From the NCBI GenBank assembly GCA_038227875.1, contig JBBRPR010000033.1, forward strand, positions 29,580 to 93,579: a stretch of DNA of 64,000 bases, read 5' to 3'. Both the position numbers and the translations under genes were made by a program. Positions within the stretch are counted from its first letter, which is position 1. Each line of letters opens with the position of its first letter. Source of the DNA: Planctomycetota bacterium. Lineage in GTDB: Bacteria > Planctomycetota > SZUA-567 > H5-PLA8. Shown here piece after piece: positions 27,765 through 38,277 of this stretch. The notes below the pieces were generated by a model. The model saw only the letters and a program-made list of their open reading frames with translations, was not told the DNA's origin and did not search any database.

Positions 27765-30473
27765 ATGAGTTCACCCCAGAGTTACTTCTCCTCCCGCCGC
27801 GTCATGGCGGACATTAAGGCAATCGTCGGACACACGCGGTGGATGACCTCTCCGGAAATCAGCCGGGCGGCACATTACATCAAAGATCAACTAAATGCCG
27901 TGGAAGGGCTGACCGGCGTTGAGCTGATCGAATTTCTCTCCGATGGCCGCACGTCGTTTGGCGGCTGGGTAATGCCGAAGTGCTGGGACGTCCGCGCGGC
28001 AACGTTGACCGTGCCCGCCGCGAAGGGCCGCAAGGAACTGCTGCTGGCCGATTACCATGCAAATCCGTTTTCATTGATGATGTGGAGCCCGGCGACGCCG
28101 CCGGAAGGTCTCGAAGCGCCGGTCGCGATCGTTGAAGAGCCATTCAAGAACGGCCGCACATTGAAGGGTAAATTTGCGCTGATGACCTTGCCGCAGCTGG
28201 GTGTGCCGCTGCTGCAATGGGCCGCGGAGCACGGCGCCGTCGGTGTGATCAGCGACACGGTGATCGAGCGCAAAGGCATCAAGGAGGGCAAGTACCTCGA
28301 AGACGCCATTCAGTATTGGAACTACACCAACCCGCAATGGGACGGCCCGCAGCGGCTGCCCGCGTTTGGATTGACGCCAAAATTGGGCCGAAAGCTGCGC
28401 AGTCTGCTGGCCGCCAATCCCAAGTTAACCGTGCAGGCCCGCGTCGACGCTCAACTTTACGACGGCACGCTTCCGCTGGTCACGGCGCGACTCCCTGGAC
28501 GCGGGCCCGGCGAATTCGTGCTCACGGCGCACATGGACGAACCCGGCGCATCGGACAATACCTCCGGAACCGCGATGGCGATGGAGACGATGCGCTGCCT
28601 GGCCGAGCATGCGCAGAAGTCCGGCGAACTTCCCGCCGTCGGCGTGCGCTTTTTCGCCTCGGTGGAATCGCGTGGACTGCAGGCGTATCTGAACACGCGG
28701 CCCGTTCCACGGCACGGTTACAGCGGCGGATTGAATCTCGACATGATCGGCTACGATCAGACCGACGGGCGGCGCGGCATGGATCTGATCTCCGCGCAGC
28801 CGTCCGCACCATCGGCACTGGCCGAATATCTTCGCGAACGCAGCGCGCTGGAGACTGGCCGCGCACCGGCGTTCACTTTTAAAGAGTCGCGCGCCGTGGT
28901 GATCAACGATTGCCAGTTTGCCGGTGCGCCGTTCCATGCGCCGATGGTGCTGGTGGAGCAGGCGCCCGACAAGACCTATCACAGTTCGCTCGACACGATT
29001 GAGAACCTTTCGCCGGCGCATCTCAAGCGCATGGGTGGCCTGGTGCTCGATACCGTGACGTTTGCGACGTCGGCAAACTTCAAGGATATCGCTGCATTCG
29101 GTGAACGCTTGTATGCGCAGTACGCCACCGCGCTCGCCCAGCCCGATGCCCCGGCGCAGCGAATTCTGCGCGACGCGAAAACCGTGTACGCCCAGCTGAT
29201 CGACACGTTCCCGCAGGATCAGCCGGTCGGGGAACAGGAGCTCGAACACTTAAGGCAGAACAATCAACTGATAAAGGGATACCTTTTCGAAAAGTACGCC
29301 TTCGAAGAAAAAGCGATTGCGTGGCTGGCGGAACTCAAGCGCCTCGCCGCGAACTCGCACGCCAAGCCGGAAATCTCGCCGCTCGAAAATCTTGCGCCGA
29401 ATCTGGTGAAGCTCGCGCGCGCTCAGGTTCCAGTGAAGTTGTTTGCGGGATATCTTGCGTTTGAAGATTGTACGAAGGCGGAACTCGCCAGGCTAAAAGA
29501 AGTGTGCGGCATCGAGCGGGGCTGGGGGGCGCCGGCCTGGCTGCAGTTCGCGCTGGATCTGTCGACGGGCAAACGCTCACTGCTGGATATCTACGCCGTC
29601 GTCGCGGCGGAGCTTCCGGTCGACCTGCAGCAACTGATCAACGCGATGGAATTCCTGCGCGGTCGCGGGCTCGTGAAGATCTGCACGGCACTGACGAAAG
29701 CGGATGTCGCGGCCGCGGTGCGCAGCGTGGGCATCCGGGCCGGCGACATTGTGATGGCGCACACGGCGCTCTCCGACTTCGGCTATCTGGAAGGCGGCGC
29801 CAACGCGCTGATCGATTGTCTACTCGAGATTGTCGGACCCAAGGGCACCGTTTGCGTGCCGACACATTCGCTGAACTGGGTCGGCAAAGCGCCCTATGAT
29901 CCGAAGACGTCTCCGTCGTTCACGGGTGCGGTGCCGACGGCATTTCTGAAGCGTCCGGACGCGCAGCGCAGTCTCCATCCCACGCATTCGGTGGCCGCGA
30001 TCGGACCGCGTGCGAAGGAACTGATCGCCGGTCACGATCACACCGTCGAGCCGCAGGCCCGCGAAGGTTTTTGGGGCAAATTTGTGGAAGCGCGCGGCAA
30101 GGTGTTGATGCTCTGCCGCCTCCAATCCAACACGCTGCTGCACAGCGGCGAGTTATGGGGAGGCATTCCCATGCCGTCTTGCGTGGCCCATTACTCCCGC
30201 GACGGCGAGCGCAAGGAACTGGTAATCTCCGGGATGCCGTGGCACGTTCACGCCTTCGATCTGGTCCATGCCGAACTGAACGCGCGCGGCCATCTGTATA
30301 CGGCGCCGCTGGGGCAGTCGAAGATCTACGCCATGGATGCGAAGGAAGCCGTCGAGACGATGCAGGGCTTTATCGAGCGGGATCCATTCGTGGCACTGCG
30401 CGAACGCTGCGATTGTTTTTACTGCGCGTACGCTCGCCCGCGGCTGATGGCAAAACAGGTGGTGAGCCGCTAA
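27765..30473 (+). CDS. Fusion of DUF4910/M28-like Zn peptidase (with PA domain and winged helix) and AAC(3)-family acetyltransferase
   Basis: N-terminal W..PK.W.V..A.L, AHMDEPGASDNTSG, ESRG, LNLDMIG, YHSSLD; C-terminal GIRAGDIVMAH.ALS.FG, GT...PT, RSLHPTHSVAAIG, NT.LH.GE. Confidence 0.85.
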   Translation: MSSPQSYFSSRRVMADIKAIVGHTRWMTSPEISRAAHYIKDQLNAVEGLTGVELIEFLSDGRTSFGGWVMPKCWDVRAATLTVPAAKGRKELLLADYHANPFSLMMWSPATPPEGLEAPVAIVEEPFKNGRTLKGKFALMTLPQLGVPLLQWAAEHGAVGVISDTVIERKGIKEGKYLEDAIQYWNYTNPQWDGPQRLPAFGLTPKLGRKLRSLLAANPKLTVQARVDAQLYDGTLPLVTARLPGRGPGEFVLTAHMDEPGASDNTSGTAMAMETMRCLAEHAQKSGELPAVGVRFFASVESRGLQAYLNTRPVPRHGYSGGLNLDMIGYDQTDGRRGMDLISAQPSAPSALAEYLRERSALETGRAPAFTFKESRAVVINDCQFAGAPFHAPMVLVEQAPDKTYHSSLDTIENLSPAHLKRMGGLVLDTVTFATSANFKDIAAFGERLYAQYATALAQPDAPAQRILRDAKTVYAQLIDTFPQDQPVGEQELEHLRQNNQLIKGYLFEKYAFEEKAIAWLAELKRLAANSHAKPEISPLENLAPNLVKLARAQVPVKLFAGYLAFEDCTKAELARLKEVCGIERGWGAPAWLQFALDLSTGKRSLLDIYAVVAAELPVDLQQLINAMEFLRGRGLVKICTALTKADVAAAVRSVGIRAGDIVMAHTALSDFGYLEGGANALIDCLLEIVGPKGTVCVPTHSLNWVGKAPYDPKTSPSFTGAVPTAFLKRPDAQRSLHPTHSVAAIGPRAKELIAGHDHTVEPQAREGFWGKFVEARGKVLMLCRLQSNTLLHSGELWGGIPMPSCVAHYSRDGERKELVISGMPWHVHAFDLVHAELNARGHLYTAPLGQSKIYAMDAKEAVETMQGFIERDPFVALRERCDCFYCAYARPRLMAKQVVSR

Positions 30474-31747
30474 CGCTTTTCGAGCGGCCGGTAGTCGATC
30501 GACAGGATTCGCACCACGCCATCGCGATAGTTAAACTGAATCCGCCCGCGACGGGGAGATCCGCTGTTTTCGATCTCCAGCGCGGATCCGTCCAGCTTGG
30601 CGGAGTATTTGTCGCCGGAGCAGACGAACACAATCTCGTGCTCCTTGCCTGCCAGTGGATCAAGCCTGGGCCGGTAGAGATGCACGCCGACAATGCCGTC
30701 GCCGCCCTGGTGGGGCGCGAAGAAGAAGGTACTGGCGCCCTTCGTCGGAATGAAGCGGATTCGGAATTCGCCGTCACCATAATCCACGGCGGATTGACCC
30801 GCGTCAGCGACGCCCGGCTTGAGTTCCAGGCCGCCTTCGTTGACCATCCAATGCTCGCGACAGGCCGCATTCACACCGTCCATGTGATTGGGGCCGATCA
30901 CTGTTTTCCAATCGCCGGTACCGCCCGCCAATTCCACGTTGGTATTGGGCGTGCCGCCGGGTCCAGCTGCCGGTGCAGCAGCAGGCGCAGGGGCAGGGCG
31001 ATCGGGAACTTTCAGATTTGCCAGCAGGGCTTGCGCTTCCTTGCCCGCGGGTGTGGAGCGGAACGTACTGGCGACGGCTTCGAGTTTTTCCTTGTACGTC
31101 CACGGATCCGGCGGCGTGGCATTGGCGAACTGTTTGGCATCGCGCAATTTCGCGGCGGCCAGATCGTTGCGAATGTCTTCCATCTCGTTGGAGTTTTCAC
31201 GCGTGTTGGGAATCTGAACCGCGGCGACGGGCTTGGGCGGCTCTTCAGGAAGCGGCGCCGGCTTTGGCGCGGGAATCATGGCGAGCTTGTCCTGCGGTTT
31301 CTCGAGAGTGTCGGGCAGAGTCTTTTTCGCTGCGTCGGGTGGCTTCGCAGATGGACCGGAAAATACCAGGATGGCGATGGCGATCAGCGTCACCACGACA
31401 GATCCGCCGATCATCACCATCGGCATGTTGGAAGTCTTGGAGCGGGAATCGCCGCGGCCTTCGCGGGCGTCGGCGCGCATCGTCGCTTCCATGCCGGCGC
31501 TGGTTTTACGCGCGGGCATCTGCTTGGTGATGCGCTGCGGACGGGCGAGCGTGGGCGAAGAGGATGTCGCCGGTCGCGTGCCGGATGCCGGGACAGCCGG
31601 CACCGGAGCAGAGGGCGGCGGAGGGGCCGCTGCAAATTGGCAGTCGGCGCAGAGGTACTGATTTTCGTCGACGAGTTTTGCCTTACCGGATTTGACCTCG
31701 GCTTCGTTGATGCGCTTACCGCACTCTTTACAAAATACGATCAGCAT
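30470..31747 (-). CDS. Hypothetical single-pass membrane protein with N-terminal CxxC...CxxC zinc ribbon and C-terminal beta-sandwich
   Basis: IVFCKECGKRI...LCADC, Pro-rich linker, one TM segment. Confidence 0.75.
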   Translation of the reverse strand: MLIVFCKECGKRINEAEVKSGKAKLVDENQYLCADCQFAAAPPPPSAPVPAVPASGTRPATSSSPTLARPQRITKQMPARKTSAGMEATMRADAREGRGDSRSKTSNMPMVMIGGSVVVTLIAIAILVFSGPSAKPPDAAKKTLPDTLEKPQDKLAMIPAPKPAPLPEEPPKPVAAVQIPNTRENSNEMEDIRNDLAAAKLRDAKQFANATPPDPWTYKEKLEAVASTFRSTPAGKEAQALLANLKVPDRPAPAPAAAPAAGPGGTPNTNVELAGGTGDWKTVIGPNHMDGVNAACREHWMVNEGGLELKPGVADAGQSAVDYGDGEFRIRFIPTKGASTFFFAPHQGGDGIVGVHLYRPRLDPLAGKEHEIVFVCSGDKYSAKLDGSALEIENSGSPRRGRIQFNYRDGVVRILSIDYRPLEKR

Positions 31748-32075
31748 AGATCCGCCTTGCACGTGGGCGTCAGCGCGCGCCACTCAATCTGAAAACGTAC
31801 CTAATACTACACTGTTTACGAGTGAACCGTAGGCAAAAAAGCATCCTAATCTACAAGACGCACGTTGTGTTGATTCGTCGCCATGATTTTCAAAGATTTG
31901 GCCGACTCAGGCCACGTGGTCTGAGTCCTCGCCTGTTTTGGGCGGGGACGAATTCGTCCCCAGCTCAATAAGGATGTTCGGTAAAATATCGGTGCTGATT
32001 TTACGAAAATATTGGTAACTCCGACGCTGCACGATAGTTTCAGTAAGGGACTGCCCGGCCCGAGGACCTATTGCT

Positions 32076-34010
32076 ATGACCACGATGGCACTGACCAGCA
32101 ATAACGAATTCGTCTCCGGACGCGAACGGCTCCGCCGTTATGTCGACCGCGCGTTGATCCGATTGCGCGCTCAGGAAGCGCTGCGCAGCTTGACCGTTGT
32201 CGTTAATCTATCGGCTTGTCTGCTCGCAGTGGCCATCTTCGCCGACCGTCTCTTCTCGCTGGACCGGCTGGGCATCAACGTCTGGATCATCTGGTCGGCG
32301 CTGACAGCGCTGGGCATTCCATACATTATCTGGCGCACATACTCCCCCCGCATTCATGCCAATCTCGCCGCGGTGCTGGCCGACGATCGCCTCCGCCTGC
32401 ATGCACGTTTGAGCAGCGCGCTCACTCTCGATTTCAGCGATCCGGCCAATCAAGCCTTCGGCGAAGCGTTTTTCGAAGAAGCGCTGAGCAAGCTCAACGC
32501 TCTGAAAGTCGAGCAGGCGTTTCCGGTGAGTCTGCCGAAGTCGATGGGTTTCTCATTCGTTCCGCTGGGAATATCGGCGCTGCTGTATTTCTTCATGCCG
32601 CCGCAGGATGTCCTGGGCATCGTCGCGGGCGTGCAGAAAAAACGTATGGCCGAACTGGTTCAGAAGAAGGCCGCCGCCGGACTGGAAAGCAAGCTTGAAG
32701 ACATGAAGAACAAGAAGCCCGATCTGCCGGTGGACGAGCATTCGGGGCAGTTCAAAGTCAGCCAATTGATGCAGAAAGCCGATTCGATCGCCAAAGAAAT
32801 GAAGAATGGTGAACGGACCAGCGACGAAGCGCTCGCCGCCCTTTCGCAATTGAAGCGCGACGTGGAAGCGGAGAAGGAGAAACTGGGCCAGGGCAAGGAT
32901 TTCCTCGACCGCCTGGAGAAGCTGCAGGCCAAGGATCTCAATCTGGAAGAGAGCGCGATCACCAAGGAAATCTCCGAAGCGCTGAAGCAGGCCGATCCCG
33001 CGGAAGCCGCGCGGCAGATGCGCAAGCTCGCGCAGAAAGTCAAGGACGACATTCTCGACGATCCGAACAAGAGCGACGAACAGAAGAAGCAGGAGCTCGA
33101 CAAACTGCAGCGCGAAGTTGAGAAGCTGTCCGAGGCGCTCAATTCCGACGAGCAGCTGAGCAAGGATCTGAAGGACATTTCCAATACGATGTCGAAATCC
33201 GACTATCAGAAATTCCAGGACGAGATCAACAAGTTCAAATCAAAGGACCAGAAGAACAACGCCAAAAAGAAGCTCGGCGACGACCTTGAGAAGCAGATCA
33301 ACGACGCCGCTGATGAACTGGAGCGCCTCGACGAAGACAACGACCAGAAGCTGGACGAGGAAGACAGCAAGGAAATGGAGCAGCTCGAAAACGTCGAAGA
33401 AGCCACTGACGACGCGATGGAGCAGCTGAACGGCGACGACTCCTCCGAAGGCAAGGAAGCCCAGCAGGGCCAGCAAGGTCAGCAGGGTCAGCAGGGCAAG
33501 ACCGGCAAGATGAAGTCCAAGCAGGGCAAGGCCGGTAACTCGGGCAAGAACGGCAAGGCGATGCGGGCCAAGGGACAGCAGCAAGGCCAACAGGGCCAGC
33601 AAGGTCAACAGGGGCAGCAAGGCCAGCAGGGGCAGGGACAACAGGGCCAGGGTGAAGGCAAACAAGGCAACAAACCGGGCAATGGTCTGGGCAGCGGGCA
33701 GGGCATGGGTCACCGTCCGTATCACGACGGCGATGCCGAGTTCCAGTCGCAGAAAGCCAAGGGTCAGCTCCAGGCCGGCGCAATCACGGGGCTGTCACAC
33801 TTCCGCGGACAGGGCGCGAAGGGCGATGCGCCGCAGGAGTTCATCAGCGCGATGACGGCCGCCGATCAGGAGCGCGCCAGCTCGCTGGAACTCGAACGCA
33901 TCCCCGTCGACGCGCGTGATACGGTTAAGGATTACTTCCGGGGTGTGAAGGAAGCAGCCGGCCTGCCGAACGCGCCGGAACCGGCGCCTGCACCCGCGAA
34001 GGACAAGTAG
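32076..34010 (+). CDS. Membrane-anchored coiled-coil protein with (GQQ)n low-complexity region
   Basis: Three N-terminal TM helices, L..RLSSAL motif, long K/E/D coiled coil, GQQ repeats ~33460-33650, C-terminal ERIP...RD.VKDYF. Confidence 0.8.
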   Translation: MTTMALTSNNEFVSGRERLRRYVDRALIRLRAQEALRSLTVVVNLSACLLAVAIFADRLFSLDRLGINVWIIWSALTALGIPYIIWRTYSPRIHANLAAVLADDRLRLHARLSSALTLDFSDPANQAFGEAFFEEALSKLNALKVEQAFPVSLPKSMGFSFVPLGISALLYFFMPPQDVLGIVAGVQKKRMAELVQKKAAAGLESKLEDMKNKKPDLPVDEHSGQFKVSQLMQKADSIAKEMKNGERTSDEALAALSQLKRDVEAEKEKLGQGKDFLDRLEKLQAKDLNLEESAITKEISEALKQADPAEAARQMRKLAQKVKDDILDDPNKSDEQKKQELDKLQREVEKLSEALNSDEQLSKDLKDISNTMSKSDYQKFQDEINKFKSKDQKNNAKKKLGDDLEKQINDAADELERLDEDNDQKLDEEDSKEMEQLENVEEATDDAMEQLNGDDSSEGKEAQQGQQGQQGQQGKTGKMKSKQGKAGNSGKNGKAMRAKGQQQGQQGQQGQQGQQGQQGQGQQGQGEGKQGNKPGNGLGSGQGMGHRPYHDGDAEFQSQKAKGQLQAGAITGLSHFRGQGAKGDAPQEFISAMTAADQERASSLELERIPVDARDTVKDYFRGVKEAAGLPNAPEPAPAPAKDK

Positions 34011-34011
34011 T

Positions 34012-36888
34012 TCAGTCACCGTCCAGCACGGCGCGAATCGCGCGTGCAAAGGCGGAAGGGCTGTACGGCTTTTGAATAAAGTTGACGCCTTCTTTCAGCA
34101 CGCCGTGATGAACGATGGCGTTCTCGGTGTACCCTGAGGCAAACAGCACTTTGACTTCGGGGTATTTGGCCTTGATCTGCGTGGCCAGTTCCCGGCCACC
34201 CATCTTGGGCATCACCACATCCGTCACGAGCAGCTGAATCGGACGCCCGATTTCGGCCGCGACTCGCAAGGCGTCCACGCCATCGGTGGCCAGCAGTACG
34301 TCGTAGCCGCGGTCCGTGAGCACAGCCATCGCGCATTCGCGGATGAGCAGATCGTCCTCAACAACAAGAATGGTTTCTGTTCCGCCGTATGCGGCAGTGG
34401 AGTGGCTTGCGGGTCCGTCTTCCGCGGCAGCCTGAGCAACGAGCGGCAGATAAATTTTGACGGAAGTGCCTTTGCCCAGTTCGCTGTAAACGGCGATATG
34501 TCCGCCCGCTTGTTTGACGATCCCCTGGCACATCGCCAGCCCCAAGCCCGTACCTTTGCCGACGGGCTTGGTGGTAAAGAACGGCTCGAAAATGTGGCTC
34601 ACGATTTCCGGTGACATGCCGGTGCCGCAGTCACTGATTACCAGCATGACGTAGTCGCCGGCGGCCACCTCCGTCCGCTCCGCGGCATATTCCGGGCTGA
34701 GCGTGGTATTGAGCGTTTCGATCGTCAGTTTTCCGCCCGTGGGCATGGCATCGCGTGCGTTGACGGCCAGATTCATGATGATCTGGTCGAGGCTCCCCGG
34801 GTCGGCCTTGACCGAGCCGAGTTGCGGTCCGGGTTTGACCACAAGTTCGACGTCTTCGCCAATCAGGCGATGCAGCATCGGTTCCATCTGCACGATCAGG
34901 CGGTTGAGGTTGATGACTTCCATCTTCACGATCTTCTTGCGGGCGTAGGCCAGCAGTTGCTGGGTCAGTGTCGCGCCGCGCTGGGCTGCCTCCAGTACGC
35001 GGTCGAGGTTGCGGTTCAGGCGTTCCGGTTGCGTCGCGTTGAGCTTGGCCAGCTCGGAAAATCCGATGATCGAAGTGAGCAGGTTGTTGAAGTCGTGCGC
35101 CACGCCGCCGGCCAGGCGCCCGATGCTTTCCACTTTCTGGCTCTGCAGCAGCTGCTGTTCCAATCGCTTGCGTTCAGTGATGTCCGCGGAGTAGTAAATC
35201 ACCCGTCCAAAAGTCTGCTCGTAACCGGGTACGACAGCCCATCCGGATTGCAGGAGCAGCATCTTGCCATCCAGGGTCACGCGCGGAACTTCGCACGAGA
35301 AGCGTTTCTCGCCGCGCGAGAGCGCCAGGAACATCTGCGCCAGTAGCGCGGGTGTTTCTTCGGTGAACGTCTTCAGGCGGCTGTTGAGCAACTCTGTGCG
35401 ATCCTTGGCCCGAAACAGTTCGAGTGTGAAATCGTTTACGGCGATAACCTTGGCGCGCAATATGCCGTCGACCGCCGCCTCGGGATGCTGTACCAGGTAC
35501 TCCGCAAGGCCGCCGTGATTTTTTTCCAATTCCCGGATGTAGGCAATGCTGGCGGAGAAATCCACCTCCCACAACGACAACGGCGCATAATCAAAGAGGC
35601 TGCGGAAGCGCTGTTCGCTGGACTGCAGCGCCAGTTCGATCTCGCGGCGCGCGGTGATGTCGTGAACGGCGCCGTCCGTCGACACAGGCTCGCCGCGTTC
35701 ATTGTGCTGCAATTGGACTTCGACGTGGACAATGCGCTCTGTGCCATCGGCGCGGAAGATGCGGAATTCTCCGCCGGAGCGGCCGTTGTTCTCGAGCATG
35801 TGGGGGCGCATGGCCAGCGCACGGGCACGGTCGTCGGGATGGGTGTGCTTCAACAGGATCTCCCGGTCAAGGTGCACCTGATCCGGTGGCAGGCCGTACA
35901 TGCGCAGCATTTCCTGGGATGCGATCAGCTTGCCGGTGTTGAAATCCATCGAAAAACTGCCAATGGATGCGATGCGCTGCGCTGCGGCCAGGGCCTTCTC
36001 GCTAGTGCGGAGTTCGTCGAGGGCCTTGCGCTGCAGCCTGTCGGCCACGCGCAGTTTTTCCGAGATCAGCAGAATCAGCCCCGCCGCCGAGGCAGTGACG
36101 AGCAGGCTGAAGAGCGCGAAGCCGATCGTGACATCGGCATGTGCCGACTGTTGAATCGTCAGTGCCAGCCAGCCGAATGCCATGGGCAGAATTAAAGCAG
36201 CCGGAACAAGATTACGGACGAGTACACCATTGGGTCCGTCCGCCACAACCAGCCGCATCAGCCCTTCGGTGGGCCTGGAGCAGAGCAGCGCGGTGCACAC
36301 CAGCATCATGCAGACATTGGAGTGGAGAGAAAAGGTAAGGTAGAATCCGACTCGGTAGAGCGCCGCGACGTTGAAAACAAAACCGATCAGCGCGAGAAAC
36401 GCGACCGTAAATGCCATCAAGACAGTGGTCTGCGCGACGGCGACTCCCAGTCGCGTGCGCATGGTTTGCGCCAGCGCCGCAAGGCCAATCAGGGTAAACG
36501 CCACCGCCGCGGCCGGAGACATGCGGCCCGCCATGGCAGGATTATTCACCACCAGCCTGTCGAGTGCTACCGGAGCGCCGGTCAGTAGTTCCACCAGCGT
36601 GGCCGCCCCGGTGAGGAGAACCACCAAACCCAGCGCGCGTTGCAGGGCGGTGCGCGCAGCTGATTCGCTACTAAGATTCAGTAAGACAATTGCTGCGCCG
36701 GCAAGATGCGCCAGCGCCGTGTGGGCTTTCATCGTGGGGCCGTTTGGCACCAAAGATTTGGCGGTTTCCCAGCCGAAGATCCACCCGAAAACGAAGACGA
36801 AAAGCGCGAGGGCCGCCACCAGCAGCGCGGCCACGCGCGCGCCAAGGCGCGCCCGGCTCACGGCCTGCTCGTTGAAATCGACCGCCAT
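34012..36888 (-). CDS. Membrane PAS-domain hybrid sensor histidine kinase/response regulator
   Basis: TM region, two PAS/PAC domains, GGVAHDFNNLL, NLAVNARDAM, FEPFFTTK..GKGTGLGL, REC with VTDVVMP and KP. Confidence 0.95.
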   Translation of the reverse strand: MAVDFNEQAVSRARLGARVAALLVAALALFVFVFGWIFGWETAKSLVPNGPTMKAHTALAHLAGAAIVLLNLSSESAARTALQRALGLVVLLTGAATLVELLTGAPVALDRLVVNNPAMAGRMSPAAAVAFTLIGLAALAQTMRTRLGVAVAQTTVLMAFTVAFLALIGFVFNVAALYRVGFYLTFSLHSNVCMMLVCTALLCSRPTEGLMRLVVADGPNGVLVRNLVPAALILPMAFGWLALTIQQSAHADVTIGFALFSLLVTASAAGLILLISEKLRVADRLQRKALDELRTSEKALAAAQRIASIGSFSMDFNTGKLIASQEMLRMYGLPPDQVHLDREILLKHTHPDDRARALAMRPHMLENNGRSGGEFRIFRADGTERIVHVEVQLQHNERGEPVSTDGAVHDITARREIELALQSSEQRFRSLFDYAPLSLWEVDFSASIAYIRELEKNHGGLAEYLVQHPEAAVDGILRAKVIAVNDFTLELFRAKDRTELLNSRLKTFTEETPALLAQMFLALSRGEKRFSCEVPRVTLDGKMLLLQSGWAVVPGYEQTFGRVIYYSADITERKRLEQQLLQSQKVESIGRLAGGVAHDFNNLLTSIIGFSELAKLNATQPERLNRNLDRVLEAAQRGATLTQQLLAYARKKIVKMEVINLNRLIVQMEPMLHRLIGEDVELVVKPGPQLGSVKADPGSLDQIIMNLAVNARDAMPTGGKLTIETLNTTLSPEYAAERTEVAAGDYVMLVISDCGTGMSPEIVSHIFEPFFTTKPVGKGTGLGLAMCQGIVKQAGGHIAVYSELGKGTSVKIYLPLVAQAAAEDGPASHSTAAYGGTETILVVEDDLLIRECAMAVLTDRGYDVLLATDGVDALRVAAEIGRPIQLLVTDVVMPKMGGRELATQIKAKYPEVKVLFASGYTENAIVHHGVLKEGVNFIQKPYSPSAFARAIRAVLDGD

Positions 36889-36979
36889 GAAACGCCCTCA
36901 GTGATACTGGTTTCCCAAATGATACCCATCTTTTCAGGCTATTACTATTTAAATGACCTTGTGTGGATTGGAGAGACAT

Positions 36980-37015
36980 AAAAAAGACCGGAGCGTTGCC
37001 GCTCCGGCCCTTTTT
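36980..37015 (-). terminator. Intrinsic terminator downstream of fbaB (bidirectional layout)
   Basis: AAAAAA-ga-ccggagcg-ttgc-cgctccgg-ccc-TTTTT. Confidence 0.8.
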
Positions 37016-37045
37016 GCTGACTTGCGGGGACTCGACGCTGATCGC

Positions 37046-38104
37046 TTACGCGATGGTGATGTCCTTGTCGAGGTACACGTCCTGAATCGTCTGGAGCAGT
37101 TCGATGCCTTCCTTCAACGGGCGCTGGAATGCCTTGCGGCCGCTGATCAAGCCCATGCCGCCGGCGCGCTTGTTGACCACGGCCGTGAAGACCGCATCCT
37201 TCAAGTCGCTCGCGCCGTGGCTTTCGCCGCCGGAGTTGATCAACGGAGCGCGGCCCATCTGGCAGTTTGCCAACTGGTAGCGCGTCAGTTCAATCGGGTG
37301 GTTGCCCGGGGTCAATTCGGTGTAGACGCGGTCGTCGGTCTTTCCGAACTTGATCGCCGTGTATCCGCCGTTGTTGGTCGGGAGCTTCTGCTTGATGATG
37401 TCGGCGCCCAGAGTCGTGCCAAGATGAACGGCCTGGCCGGTCAAGTCGGCCGACGTATGGTAGTCGACGCCGTCCTTCTTGAAGGCGTTGTTGCGCGTGT
37501 AGCACCAGAGCACAGTGACCAGACCAAGTTCATGGGCGGCGGCGAACGCGTGCGAGACTTCCTGCAACTGGCGGGTGCTTTCCGGAGCGCCCCAGTACAC
37601 GGTGGCGCCGACGGAGGTGCAGCCCATGTCGAAGGCCTGCTTGACCGTGGCGAACATCACCTGGTCGTGCTTGGCCGGGAGACTCAGCGTTTCGTTGTGG
37701 TTGAGCTTCAGCATGAACGGAATCTTGTGCGCGTACTTGCGGGACATCTGGCCGAGGACGGCCAGCGTGCTGCAGACGCAGTTACAGCCGCCTTCGATGG
37801 CGAGCTTGATGATGGATTCGGGATCGTAGTAGATCGGATTCGGAGTAAAGCTGGCGGCGGCGGAATGTTCGATGCCCTGGTCGACGGGGAGAATCGAAAC
37901 GTAACCGGTTCCCGCGAGGCGGCCGTGATCGACGATGCCCTGGAAATTGCGCAGCACGGTCGGCGAGCGGTCGGTGTTGGTAAACACGCGGTCGATAAAG
38001 TCCGGGCCAGGGAGGTGGAGGGCGCTCTTATCAAACCCTTTGGCTTTATAGCTCAGCAGGTTTTCTGCGTCTTTGCCCAAGATATCCGCAATTTTCTTCG
38101 ACAT
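37046..38104 (-). CDS. fbaB: Class I fructose-bisphosphate aldolase (DhnA/FbaB type)
   Basis: [62 protein letters not shown]. Confidence 0.96.
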   Translation of the reverse strand: MSKKIADILGKDAENLLSYKAKGFDKSALHLPGPDFIDRVFTNTDRSPTVLRNFQGIVDHGRLAGTGYVSILPVDQGIEHSAAASFTPNPIYYDPESIIKLAIEGGCNCVCSTLAVLGQMSRKYAHKIPFMLKLNHNETLSLPAKHDQVMFATVKQAFDMGCTSVGATVYWGAPESTRQLQEVSHAFAAAHELGLVTVLWCYTRNNAFKKDGVDYHTSADLTGQAVHLGTTLGADIIKQKLPTNNGGYTAIKFGKTDDRVYTELTPGNHPIELTRYQLANCQMGRAPLINSGGESHGASDLKDAVFTAVVNKRAGGMGLISGRKAFQRPLKEGIELLQTIQDVYLDKDITIA

Positions 38105-38277
38105 GCGTAAAACTCCTTCTGCCAGGAACCCGTAAAAACACCGCACCAGTCGCTGTGTGTTCAGAAAAGTCTAGTGGCTTTGCTACCCCGGTCAAGCGGT
38201 TGAGTTCAGAGTTCATAAAATCATTACACGAAGAAATAAAAGATGGAAATGACGCAGGGAGCTTCCCAAATAAGGAC

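Noticed and set aside
29690..30473. Bona fide aminoglycoside resistance gene
   Set aside because: The AAC(3)-like domain is fused to a peptidase-like protein in a non-mobile metabolic context, and family membership alone does not imply resistance.
33460..33650. cagcaaggt/cagcagggc tandem repeats as a DNA-level element
   Set aside because: They encode a GQQ low-complexity linker with synonymous variation, so this is a protein-level repeat.
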